From Candidatus Latescibacterota bacterium (GTDB taxonomy: Bacteria; Latescibacterota; UBA2968; UBA8231): a stretch of 64,000 bases of DNA. The DNA is taken from positions 192,001 through 256,000 of the forward strand of contig OZ241867.1 of the NCBI GenBank assembly GCA_965203175.1, given 5' to 3'. Positions 28,087 through 37,313 of the stretch are shown here, piece after piece. The position numbers were made by a program, and so were the translations under genes. The notes under the pieces are model-generated. The model did not search any database, was not told the origin of the DNA, and saw nothing but the letters and a program-made list of their open reading frames with translations. Positions within the stretch are counted from its first letter, which is position 1. Each line of letters starts with the position of its first letter.

Positions 28087-29445
28087 ATGGACCGCTCTAC
28101 TCTGTTCTATAGCCTTTGTGCACTCGGCATTGTGGGCCTGCTCAGCGTGCCCACAGCGCGCTCCCTGCTACTGGGTCTCGACACGTCCGCACAAAAGGAA
28201 AGTGGACGCTCGGAGATCGTCCTGGCCGGCTGGGGCAATACGCAGGAAGTGGCCATGCTCAATCAACTCATGGCCGATTTTGAAGCTGGCAATCCAGATA
28301 TAAAGGTCAAGTTCATCCACATTCAGCAGAACTTCAATACCGTGCTGCTGACCATGATGGCCGGGGGGCGCTCGCCCGACATCTTTTACGTGGCACCGGT
28401 CACTTTGGGCAACATGTTGTCCAAAGGGGTCCTCCTCGACTTGGAGCCTTATCTGGAAAAGAGCCAAATAGTTGGCGTTGAGGACTTTTTTCCGCAAACG
28501 GTCGAGCCGTACCGCTGGGACGGCAAGCGCTTTGGCCAAGGGCCGATCTACGGGCTGTGCAAGGACTGGTCGCCTGACTTTCTGATTTTCTACAACAAGA
28601 ACCTATTTGACGAGGCGGGTATTCCCCATCCAGACGGCAGTTGGACGCGCGCAGAGTTCGTGGACATTGCCCGGCGCTTGACCAAGCGCGACGAGCAGGG
28701 GCGCATCATGCAGTTTGGCGTCTACAATAACGCCAATCCAGAGCAGTGGATCTGGCAGTCGGGCGGGCGAATTTTCTCCGCAGACCGGAGGCGCGTATTA
28801 CTCGAAAGCCCAGAAGTGATCGAGGCGCTGCAATTTGCCGCCGATCTGTCCACGCGCTGGCACGTGGCACCGGGCTACGCCGAGCAAGCGCAGAGTCCGG
28901 TAAACGTGATGTTCGAGACGGGACGCGTGGCCATGTGTTTTTACGGCCAGTGGTTCGTGCCCCAGTTCCGCAAAAACATCAAGAGCTTTGCGTGGGGAGT
29001 TACGACGCCTCCGCGCCACAAAGTAGATATTTATTTGTCCGGTGGCATGGTCGGTTATGGCATATACGCCCATACCAAACACCCGCAAGAGGCGTGGCGC
29101 TTTATGGAATATCTGGTTGGCCCCCAGGGCCAAGAGGCCATTGCCAAGATCGGCTGGAACATTCCCGGCCGCAGAGAAACCGCGTACAGCCCTATTTTCG
29201 TAGAAAATCCCAATCTGGATGCGGAGATTACCCAGACTTTTCTCAAGGCCGCGGAGCGCACCGAATTATTTCATCGCAGCCCCTATATCAATCCCACTGA
29301 ATACAATCTGCTGTTTCTCCCAGAGTGGGAACTGGTCATGCTGGGTGAAAAAAGCGTGCCTGCGGCGCTAGCAGATGCCGCCAGAAAAATCAACCAAGCC
29401 ATTCGCGACAATATGGCTCTGCAGAAGATCGAGGTGGACGGATGA
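28087..29445 (+). CDS. Sugar ABC transporter substrate-binding protein
   Basis: FEAGNPDIKV, PDIF, FYNKNLFDEAG, FETGRVAM, AWRFMEYL. Confidence 0.92.
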   Translation: MDRSTLFYSLCALGIVGLLSVPTARSLLLGLDTSAQKESGRSEIVLAGWGNTQEVAMLNQLMADFEAGNPDIKVKFIHIQQNFNTVLLTMMAGGRSPDIFYVAPVTLGNMLSKGVLLDLEPYLEKSQIVGVEDFFPQTVEPYRWDGKRFGQGPIYGLCKDWSPDFLIFYNKNLFDEAGIPHPDGSWTRAEFVDIARRLTKRDEQGRIMQFGVYNNANPEQWIWQSGGRIFSADRRRVLLESPEVIEALQFAADLSTRWHVAPGYAEQAQSPVNVMFETGRVAMCFYGQWFVPQFRKNIKSFAWGVTTPPRHKVDIYLSGGMVGYGIYAHTKHPQEAWRFMEYLVGPQGQEAIAKIGWNIPGRRETAYSPIFVENPNLDAEITQTFLKAAERTELFHRSPYINPTEYNLLFLPEWELVMLGEKSVPAALADAARKINQAIRDNMALQKIEVDG

Positions 29446-30341
29446 AACTAAACCTGCGAGAGCACCTAGAAGGATATCTCTTCATATCGCCGTGGATCTT
29501 GGGCATGGTGCTCTTTGCCCTCGGGCCGATACTGGCCAGCTTTGGTCTGGCCTTCACGCGCTGGAATCTCTTTACGGAGCCGGAGTACGTGGGATGGGCC
29601 AATTTTCAGAAGTTGGCGCACGACCCGCTCTTTTATAAATCGGTGTTTAATACGATCTACTACACGGTTTTTGCCGTGCCGTTGGGGCTCGTGCTGGCGC
29701 TAGGACTGGCCATGCTGGTCAACCACCGTCTGCGCGGAGTCAATTTTTTTCGCACGGCTTTTTTTCTGCCCAATGTCGTGGCAGGCATCGCGATGCTGCT
29801 GCTGTGGAAGTGGCTCTTCGATCCCAATTTTGGCTTGATCAACCTGTTCCTCGACTGGACCGGACTGATGGCGGTGTTCGAGTGGATCGGCATTGGCCGG
29901 CCCCAGTGGATCTCATCGCGGGCGGGTGCCATGCCGGGCCTAGTCTTTATGAGCATCTGGGGCTTGGGTGGATCGATGATGATTTTTCTCGCTGGCCTGC
30001 AGAATATTCCCCGCGAGTTGATCGAAGCTGCGGAACTGGACGGTGCCGGACCGTGGAAGCGCTTTAGATACGTCACCGTGCCGCTGCTGACCCCGACGAT
30101 TTTTTTCTTGACGATGGTCGGCGTGATTGCCTCGCTGCAAGTCTTCAACCAAGCCTATGTCATGACCCAAGGTGGGCCGGCGCACGCGACGTTATTCTAC
30201 GTCCTGTATCTCTTTCAAACGGCCTTCGAGCGCTTCCAGATGGGCTATGCCTGCGCCATGGCCTTGGTCCTCTTTATCATCACGCTGATCGTCTCGCTCA
30301 TCCAGTTAGCGATGGGCAAAAAATGGGTACACTACCAATGA
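29442..30341 (+). CDS. Carbohydrate ABC transporter permease
   Basis: LAGLQNIPRELIEAAELDGA EAA motif; multiple TM helices. Confidence 0.95.
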   Translation: MKLNLREHLEGYLFISPWILGMVLFALGPILASFGLAFTRWNLFTEPEYVGWANFQKLAHDPLFYKSVFNTIYYTVFAVPLGLVLALGLAMLVNHRLRGVNFFRTAFFLPNVVAGIAMLLLWKWLFDPNFGLINLFLDWTGLMAVFEWIGIGRPQWISSRAGAMPGLVFMSIWGLGGSMMIFLAGLQNIPRELIEAAELDGAGPWKRFRYVTVPLLTPTIFFLTMVGVIASLQVFNQAYVMTQGGPAHATLFYVLYLFQTAFERFQMGYACAMALVLFIITLIVSLIQLAMGKKWVHYQ

Positions 30342-31180
30342 GCAGTGCTTCTGGAGACACCCTGTCGCTGCGACGCCAGCTCATCCTCTACGCCGCACTG
30401 TCCTTTTTGGCGTTTTGGTTTCTAGTGCCTTTTGCCTGGATGCTCATCACCTCGGTCAAGACGCCGGACGAGGTCTTTTCCCGTCTCCTGCCTTCGGTGC
30501 TGCGGCTGGCCAATTTCGTGGAGATCTTCAATCAGCCGACGTTGCCTTTCGGGCGCTATTTTCTCAACAGCACGATCATCACGGTTTTTGGCACGGGGGC
30601 GAGTCTTTTTACTTCCGCCGTCGTGGCCTATGCCTTTGCCCGGCTGAATTTTTTCGGTCGCGACGTGCTGTTCGTCGCCGTGCTGTCGACCATGATGCTA
30701 CCCGCGGCGGTGACCATGATCCCAACGTTTGTGCTCTTCCAGAAGCTGGGCTGGGTCGATACATTTCTCCCCTTTTTGGTGCCAGCCTGTACGGGCAACG
30801 CCTTCCAGATATTCTTTTTGCGCCAGTTTTTTAAGACCCTGCCGGTAGATTTGATCGACGCCGCGCGCATAGACGGGTGCTCGAATTTGCGCATCTGCCT
30901 GTCGATTGCCATGCCACTGGCCAAGCCGACGCTGGCGACGCTGGCTATTCTCAGCTTTCTCAGTCTTTGGAACGATTTTATGGGGCCGCTCATCTACCTG
31001 CACAGCAACGAGAAGCGCACGCTGGCGCTGGGCCTGAATGCTTTTGCCGGCATGTACGGCACGCAGTGGCATCTGCTCATGGCCGCTTCCGTAGTCGCGA
31101 CCGTGCCCATTCTGGTGGTCTTTTTTATGGGACAGCGCTACTTCGAGCGCGGGCTAGTGATGACGGGGATGAAGGCGTAA
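30338..31180 (+). CDS. Carbohydrate ABC transporter permease
   Basis: LPVDLIDAARIDG EAA-like motif; WNDFMGPLIYL; ATGA overlap with the previous gene. Confidence 0.95.
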   Translation: MSSASGDTLSLRRQLILYAALSFLAFWFLVPFAWMLITSVKTPDEVFSRLLPSVLRLANFVEIFNQPTLPFGRYFLNSTIITVFGTGASLFTSAVVAYAFARLNFFGRDVLFVAVLSTMMLPAAVTMIPTFVLFQKLGWVDTFLPFLVPACTGNAFQIFFLRQFFKTLPVDLIDAARIDGCSNLRICLSIAMPLAKPTLATLAILSFLSLWNDFMGPLIYLHSNEKRTLALGLNAFAGMYGTQWHLLMAASVVATVPILVVFFMGQRYFERGLVMTGMKA

Positions 31181-31248
31181 CGCGTCTGAAGGCTACTGTC
31201 GTGTAATTGGCAATTAGACAATGCGGCAGGATAAAAATAGAACGCAAA

Positions 31249-31794
31249 TTATCCGCCATTGCCTCCTCCCCCCAGCAGCGCCTGATACGCCACCAGCGCC
31301 CCCGCCACGTGAACATTCATCGACGGCCCCTTGCCGTACATGGGGATATAGACCGCCCCGTCGCACAGCGCCAAGGTCTGGCGATAGACGCCTTTTGTCT
31401 CGTTGCCGAGCACCAAACACACTTTGTCCGGGAAATCGTATTCCAAATAACACACGGCCCCCTGCACCATTTCCAACGCCACCAAGTGATACCCCTCGTC
31501 CCGCAGTGCATTCGCCGCTTCGTCCATGCGCCCGATCCGCCGCCAAGTAACTCGCCGCTCATGGCCCCGCGCTGTGCGCTCAATATCCTCGTGCGGCGGC
31601 GCGGGCGTCACACCCGTAAAAACCAATTCCCGCGCCCCGCACGCATCGGCGATGCGAAACATCGAGCCGACGTTGAGCGGATCTTCGACGCTCTGCAACA
31701 GAAAGGCTAGCTCCACCTTGGGCGGATAGCTCCTTGCCGCGTCCGCAAAGAGCCGCTTCACTTCAACCTTGCGCAAGGGGCGCATCGGCTTCAA
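31249..31794 (-). CDS. TrmH/SpoU-family RNA methyltransferase
   Basis: DPLNVGSMFR, LVLGNETKG, IPMYG..SMNV. Confidence 0.9.
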   Translation of the reverse strand: MKPMRPLRKVEVKRLFADAARSYPPKVELAFLLQSVEDPLNVGSMFRIADACGARELVFTGVTPAPPHEDIERTARGHERRVTWRRIGRMDEAANALRDEGYHLVALEMVQGAVCYLEYDFPDKVCLVLGNETKGVYRQTLALCDGAVYIPMYGKGPSMNVHVAGALVAYQALLGGGGNGG

Positions 31795-31804
31795 CAGGGC
31801 CGGA

Positions 31805-32629
31805 TCAAAAGCGAATGGCCTTGTACTTCTTCACGTGCTCGGTAATGGCCACCTCCACCGGCAACCGCTCCATGCTCGACGCGCCGTAGAAGCCATCGAC
31901 GCCCGTCGTGTTTTGCAACACGTACTCGGCGTCCTCTGGCTCTGAAATCGGCCCCCCGTGGCACAGCACAATCACCTCTTCGGACACCCCCCGCGCCGCG
32001 TCGCATATCGCCTGCACAAACCCCACTGATTCCTCCAAAGTCAGCGCGGTCGTCGCGCCAATCACGCCTTTAGTAGTAAGCCCAGCGTGCGCCACCACAA
32101 TGTCGGCACCGGCCGCCGCCATCTGCTCGCCCTCCTCGGGATTAAACGCATACGGCGTCGTCAACAACCCCATCTCGTGCGCCGTGCGGATCATCTCCAC
32201 CTCCTCCCCATACCCCATCCCGGTTTCCTCCAAGTTCTGCCGATACAACCCGTCAATCAGGCCCACGGTCGGAAAATTCTGCACGCCGGAAAACCCGATG
32301 GCCTCAACCTCGCGCAAGAAAACATCCATCTGCCGGAACGGATCCGTCCCGCACACGCCGGCTAGCACCGGCGTATCCTCCACCACCGTCAACACCTCCC
32401 CGGCCATATCCATCACAATCGCATTGGCGTCCCCATATGGCATGGTCCCAGCCAGTGACCCCCGGCCCGCCATGCGAAATCGCCCGGAATTGTAAATCAC
32501 AATCAAATCAACCCCGCCAGCTTCCTCGAACTTCGCGCTGATTCCGGTACCAGCCCCTGCGCCGATAATGGGAACCCCATCGGCAATGTTCTGCCGCAGT
32601 CTCGCGAGCACTTCTTCTCTTGTAAACAT
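31805..32629 (-). CDS. Phosphoenolpyruvate hydrolase-like TIM-barrel protein (Tm-1 C-terminal domain homolog)
   Basis: [63 protein letters not shown]. Confidence 0.9.
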   Translation of the reverse strand: MFTREEVLARLRQNIADGVPIIGAGAGTGISAKFEEAGGVDLIVIYNSGRFRMAGRGSLAGTMPYGDANAIVMDMAGEVLTVVEDTPVLAGVCGTDPFRQMDVFLREVEAIGFSGVQNFPTVGLIDGLYRQNLEETGMGYGEEVEMIRTAHEMGLLTTPYAFNPEEGEQMAAAGADIVVAHAGLTTKGVIGATTALTLEESVGFVQAICDAARGVSEEVIVLCHGGPISEPEDAEYVLQNTTGVDGFYGASSMERLPVEVAITEHVKKYKAIRF

Positions 32630-32635
32630 GGCTAC

Positions 32636-33049
32636 CTATCCGTTTAACGCCTTTTCTATCCGCACCCCCTCCATCTTCCGCAACTCGGCCTCCGGCCCAA
32701 ACGGCGCGTATATGGCGATCAACTTCATCGGGCCGTCCCCATTATTGACCGTCGAGTGATACACAGCCGTCGGAATGTGTACCAACTCGCCTGGGCCGAT
32801 CTCCTTTTCCAGCATGCCCGACTCCAGCTCCACCGTCTGGATTCCGGTTCCCTCTATCACGTAGAGAATCTCCTCGCTATACGGATGGTTGTGGCGCACG
32901 TGCCCCTTGCCCGGCGCCAGCTCCACTACGCCGCAGCTAAAGTGCTCGGCCGCAGTCACCAGCGGCTCGGAAAGCCAGTTTAACCGGCCCCAGTCAAAGA
33001 CTTGGGTCTCCACGTCGGCGCATTGGATAAATGTCTTTTTTTCGCTCAT
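32636..33049 (-). CDS. Cupin-domain protein
   Basis: HVRHNHPYSEEILYVIEG...IPTAVYHST metal-binding cupin motif. Confidence 0.9.
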   Translation of the reverse strand: MSEKKTFIQCADVETQVFDWGRLNWLSEPLVTAAEHFSCGVVELAPGKGHVRHNHPYSEEILYVIEGTGIQTVELESGMLEKEIGPGELVHIPTAVYHSTVNNGDGPMKLIAIYAPFGPEAELRKMEGVRIEKALNG

Positions 33050-34278
33050 TACTCTCCTGCTTTCTCGGCAATTAGCTCCAGTAGCAGCGCGGTCGCCGCG
33101 GCTGCAAACGCTGGATCGTTGATGTTGTGATCTACTTCGCGGACGAGGATGCCCTCGTCCAGATTGGCTTTGAGGGCGTCGCCAAAGGCGCGGTCAGCTT
33201 CGCGGTCGCAAAACAGCTCGCCGTCGCCGTCGAGGATCGACACGCCCCTGAGCGGAATGAGAACGGCGACCGGGCCTGTGGCGGCGTTGAGCTTGTCGGC
33301 GAATATCCGGCCCATCTGCGCATTTTCCTCGGCATTGGTGCGCATCAAGGTCACCTCTGGGTTCCACTCGTAAAAGAGCCGCGTGCCGTCCTTATACTGT
33401 TGCGGCACCGTATCCATGCCGCCAAAATTGGCCATGTCCACGCAACCGGGGACCACTAGCTGGGGCAAACCCGCCCGGCCCGCCGCGCTCAAGCGCTCCG
33501 GACCCGCGCTGAAGACGCCACCGCACACTTCGTCAGCCCACTCGGTGGTAGTGATGTCCAGCACTGCATCCACCAAGCCCTCGTCGATGAGTGACTCCAT
33601 GGTGCGGCCACCGGTGCCAGTGGCGTGAAAGATCAAGACCTCGTACCCGCTCGCCGACAGGGTCTCGCTGCACGCGTCTACGCATTCTGTGGTGTTGCCA
33701 AACATCGACACCACGACGATCGGTTTGTCGTCGCCAGCCGGCGCTGGCTCGGCTTCGACCATGCCGCAGATCGCGCCAGCGGCGCGCGTAAAAATCACTC
33801 GCGAAATCCGATTGACTCCGGCCACGTCCACAATCGACGGAATGAGCACCACGTCCTTGCTGCCCACGTATGCTCCCGTGTCGCCAGCCGCCACAGTCGA
33901 AACGCACACCTTGGGCACACCTACCGGCAGGGCGCGCATGGCCGCGGTCACCACGCTGCTGCCGCCGGACCCACCCATGCCGACGATGCCGTCAAACCGG
34001 CCCTCGGCGAACCCTTGCTCCGCCACCTTGGCCGCGCCCTCACCCATAACCTTCATGGCTGCACCGCGATCGCCAGCCGCGCGCAGCGACTCCAGCGATG
34101 CGCCCGCGGCCGCCGCCACCTCGCTGGCATCCACATCCACGGCAAAGGCTTCGCACTCGCCCATAACGCCCGTATTTACCGACAGGACTTCGTGGCCGCG
34201 GGCCAAAATCTGCTCGCGCAAGAAGGCGTATTCCACGCCCTTGGTGTCAAACGCCCCAACCATCATAATCGTAGCCAT
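33049..34278 (-). CDS. Tm-1-like ATP-binding domain protein (UPF0261)
   Basis: GAFDTKGVE, GGSGG, LPVGVPK, MFGNTT, FHATGTGG, DITTTEWAD, HNINDPAFA. Confidence 0.9.
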   Translation of the reverse strand: MATIMMVGAFDTKGVEYAFLREQILARGHEVLSVNTGVMGECEAFAVDVDASEVAAAAGASLESLRAAGDRGAAMKVMGEGAAKVAEQGFAEGRFDGIVGMGGSGGSSVVTAAMRALPVGVPKVCVSTVAAGDTGAYVGSKDVVLIPSIVDVAGVNRISRVIFTRAAGAICGMVEAEPAPAGDDKPIVVVSMFGNTTECVDACSETLSASGYEVLIFHATGTGGRTMESLIDEGLVDAVLDITTTEWADEVCGGVFSAGPERLSAAGRAGLPQLVVPGCVDMANFGGMDTVPQQYKDGTRLFYEWNPEVTLMRTNAEENAQMGRIFADKLNAATGPVAVLIPLRGVSILDGDGELFCDREADRAFGDALKANLDEGILVREVDHNINDPAFAAAATALLLELIAEKAGE

Positions 34279-34320
34279 AACGCTCTCCTCAAGCTGGCGT
34301 CGTTAGGTGCTTTCCTTTTC

Positions 34321-34347
34321 TGTCATGCTGAGCGTAGCGAAGCATCC
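34321..34347 (+). repeat. REP-like short repeat element (GTCATGCTGAGCG..AGCGAAGCATC type)
   Basis: TGTCATGCTGAGCGTAGCGAAGCATCC matches a widespread intergenic REP-like motif from memory; single copy in this window. Confidence 0.5.
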
Positions 34348-34395
34348 CATATCCAAAGTGTCCCGTGCACAACATCAGCCTGTAATATGGCGGCT

Positions 34396-36624
34396 TCAGC
34401 TAAAGCGCCGCAACCGGAGCGCGTTCATCACCACCGACACCGACGAAAAGGCCATCGCGAGGCTCGCCAGCATTGGATTGAGCAGCGGACCGCCGAATAG
34501 GTAAAGTGCGCCCGCAGCCACCGGAATGCCTGCGGCGTTGTAAAAAAACGCCCAGAATAAATTCTGCTTTATGGTCCGCACAACCGCTCGGCTCAACTCA
34601 ATGGCTCGCGCCACATCCGCCAACCGGCTGTGCATGAGCACCACGGGAGCAGACGCGGCCGCCACATCCGTCCCAGTGGCAAAGGCCATACCCACATCGG
34701 CGGTGGCTAGCGCTGGCGCGTCGTTGATCCCGTCGCCGACCATGGCCACGCAGCGGCCCTCGTCCTGCAATGCCTGCACGGTCGCGGCCTTGTCTGCGGG
34801 CAAGACCTCGGCACGCACGGTCTCAATCCCCACTTGACGCGCCACGGCTTCTGCGGCCGGACGGCTGTCGCCCGTGAGCATCACCACTTCCAAGCCGCCT
34901 TGGCGCAGCCGAGCCACGTCGTCCTTGCTCTGCGGACGGGGGCGGTCGGCCAAAGACACGCGACCTACCAATGCGCCCGCCACCGCAATCCACGCGACAG
35001 TGGCACCGTCCGCCGAGTCGCTGTCTTCATCTACGCGAACTCCCACCGCCGCCATCATGGCGCGATTGCCCACCACCACATCCTCGCCTTCTACCGTGGC
35101 CTGCGCACCTTTGCCCGGACTCGCCACAACTTCGGTAGCCTCCGGCACGGCAAGGTCCCGCTCTGTTGCGGCGGCCACAATCGCCGCAGCCAGTGGATGC
35201 TCTGAGCCGCGCTCCACGGCCGCGGCCAAGCTCAGCACTTCGTCGGCGCGGCGGCCGTTTAACGGCTCTACTGCCACCACCTGCGGCCGCCCCTCGGTAA
35301 TCGTGCCGGTTTTGTCCAGCACCACGGCATCTACTTTGTGCGCTGTTTCCAGCACTTCTGGACCTTTGAACAGGATGCCTAAATGCGCGCCGCGTCCCGT
35401 ACCGACCATGATCGCGGCCGGCGTGGCCAAGCCCAAGCTGCACGGGCAGGCGATGATCAACACGGCCACAAAGACTTGCAACGCAAAGCTCAGGCCCTCC
35501 CCAGCCCATAGCCAACCCACTGCGGCCACCGCGCCTATGACTAGCACGGCCGGCACGAAATACCCAGCAATGATATCGGCTAGGCGGGCAATCGGCGCTT
35601 TACCCGCCTGCGCGGCTTCGACTAAGCGCACCATTTGCATCAGCATCGCATCCCCGGCCGTGCGCGTTGCACGCACCATGAGTGCACCCGCGCCGTTGAG
35701 GCTACCACCAGTCACAGCATCGCCCAGTTCCTTGGCCACGGGCAGCGACTCGCCGGTCAGCAGCGACTCATCCACCGTAGAGTTTCCTTCGACGACTTCG
35801 CCGTCGGCTGGAATGCGCTCGCCCGGACGCACGCGCAGGCAGTCACCCACTTCGATGGCGTCGGCCGCGATTTCCCGCTCCCCATCGTCAGTCACCAGTG
35901 CGGCCTTGTCGGGTTTGAGCCGCAGCAGGGCACCTATGGCCTCCTCGGCCCGCAACCGCGAGCGCGCTTCGAGATAGCGGCCCATTAGCATGAAGGTGAG
36001 GATCGTCGCAACCGTCGGGAAATAGGAGTCAAACGCCGCAACCGCACCCACAGCGACGGACCCCAAGCCCCAAGCGCTGTAGATCCACGCCGCAGCCGTG
36101 CCAATGGCGATGAGCGAAAACATGTTGGGTCGGCCCCGCCACAGAGCTTGTCCGCCTTCGGCGTAGATCTGGCGGCCAACCCACATCACCGGCAGCACAA
36201 ACAGCAGATGCAAAACGCCTACCCGCAGAGGATGCTGGACCAAGGACAGCGCCGGGACAACGGGTGCGGCCATCTGCTCGACCATCTCCACTGCAAAGAG
36301 CGGCAGCCAAAATACAACAGCCCAGCGAAATGACCCCGCTTGCTCGGCGAGTTCGGTCCGCTTGCGCTCCTGCCGCCTAGCCGCGCCTTCGGCTTCGGGC
36401 GTTTGCACCCGCGCCCGGAACCCCGCCTTTACCACGGCCGCCGCAATGCTTTCCTCATCCACGGCTACCGGATCAAAGCGCACGGCCATCTGCTCGGTCG
36501 CCAAGTTGACATCAGCTACTTCAACGCCGGCCAAGCCGGACACCTGCTGCTCGACCTGCCGCACGCAGCCAGCGCAGTGCATGCCCTCAATGGCGAAATG
36601 TTGCTCTCTACTGTTTGCCGTCAT
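34396..36624 (-). CDS. copA: Copper-translocating P1B-type ATPase
   Basis: GMHCAGC HMA domain; LTGES; ACPC; DKTGT; SEHP; GDGIND; YN and MAFSS Cu(I)-type TM motifs. Confidence 0.93.
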   Translation of the reverse strand: MTANSREQHFAIEGMHCAGCVRQVEQQVSGLAGVEVADVNLATEQMAVRFDPVAVDEESIAAAVVKAGFRARVQTPEAEGAARRQERKRTELAEQAGSFRWAVVFWLPLFAVEMVEQMAAPVVPALSLVQHPLRVGVLHLLFVLPVMWVGRQIYAEGGQALWRGRPNMFSLIAIGTAAAWIYSAWGLGSVAVGAVAAFDSYFPTVATILTFMLMGRYLEARSRLRAEEAIGALLRLKPDKAALVTDDGEREIAADAIEVGDCLRVRPGERIPADGEVVEGNSTVDESLLTGESLPVAKELGDAVTGGSLNGAGALMVRATRTAGDAMLMQMVRLVEAAQAGKAPIARLADIIAGYFVPAVLVIGAVAAVGWLWAGEGLSFALQVFVAVLIIACPCSLGLATPAAIMVGTGRGAHLGILFKGPEVLETAHKVDAVVLDKTGTITEGRPQVVAVEPLNGRRADEVLSLAAAVERGSEHPLAAAIVAAATERDLAVPEATEVVASPGKGAQATVEGEDVVVGNRAMMAAVGVRVDEDSDSADGATVAWIAVAGALVGRVSLADRPRPQSKDDVARLRQGGLEVVMLTGDSRPAAEAVARQVGIETVRAEVLPADKAATVQALQDEGRCVAMVGDGINDAPALATADVGMAFATGTDVAAASAPVVLMHSRLADVARAIELSRAVVRTIKQNLFWAFFYNAAGIPVAAGALYLFGGPLLNPMLASLAMAFSSVSVVMNALRLRRFS

Positions 36625-36724
36625 GTTGCAACCTCGGAACTTGACCGACGAACCCACTCAGTACGGTGGTTTTCAATGCCGTCACGGGATTGAAAAATTG
36701 CCGCGACAAGCCATTCGATCAACC

Positions 36725-37168
36725 TCAGTCGAGCGCGCCGATCAGTTTCTTGATCTGCCCCCACGTCGTCTCCTCAACCGCCGTGTCTGGCGGTGGCAGC
36801 GGCGGGGTACTCTCGGGATCGCCGGGGTGAAACGTTTCGCCTTCTGGATTGTCATCGCCCGCCACCCAAGTGCCGTCGGGGTCGCCCAACTCCGCGCCAT
36901 TAGACGCTCCATCGCCGTCGGAATCCAACGCCGCCAGCTCTGGGCCCCAAATCACGTCACCGGGTGCACCGGCTGAGGTAAGGAAGTTGGTTGCAATCTC
37001 CAAGCCAAACGGATTGAGCGGCGAACCGCCTCCAGCCGTGTGGCAGGTGTTGCAACTCACTGCGGAGCCATTGGGAACCTGTCTTACGCGCTTGCTGCGC
37101 GCAGCCGCCTCATCGACAATCACGCCGCATAAAAAGAACACGGCTACCAGCAAAACTCTCAAAGTCAT
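36725..37168 (-). CDS. Small secreted temptin-like protein with a CxxCH motif and a C-terminal TAVEETTWGQIK motif
   Basis: AGGAG RBS; signal peptide; VPNG...CNTCH...GGG..NPFG...W...DSDGDG.SNG.ELGDP...HPG. Confidence 0.7.
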   Translation of the reverse strand: MTLRVLLVAVFFLCGVIVDEAAARSKRVRQVPNGSAVSCNTCHTAGGGSPLNPFGLEIATNFLTSAGAPGDVIWGPELAALDSDGDGASNGAELGDPDGTWVAGDDNPEGETFHPGDPESTPPLPPPDTAVEETTWGQIKKLIGALD

Positions 37169-37313
37169 GGAAAATCTCCTTTCCTCGTATTCGTCGTGAG
37201 ATGTCTCGCTCTTCAGAACATGCTCACGTGCAGCACTGTAAGTCAATACAAACCCTCGCCCCACACCGCCAAATCGCGCATATTTAAAGTCCATTCCACA
37301 GGAGGCAACGCTC

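Noticed and set aside
34874-35977. 367-aa plus-strand ORF and similar long antisense ORFs (for example 6357..7202, 39414..40382, 52602..53354)
   Set aside because: Shadow frames opposite well-supported genes in GC-rich DNA, with low-complexity Ala/Ser/Pro/Arg translations and no motifs.
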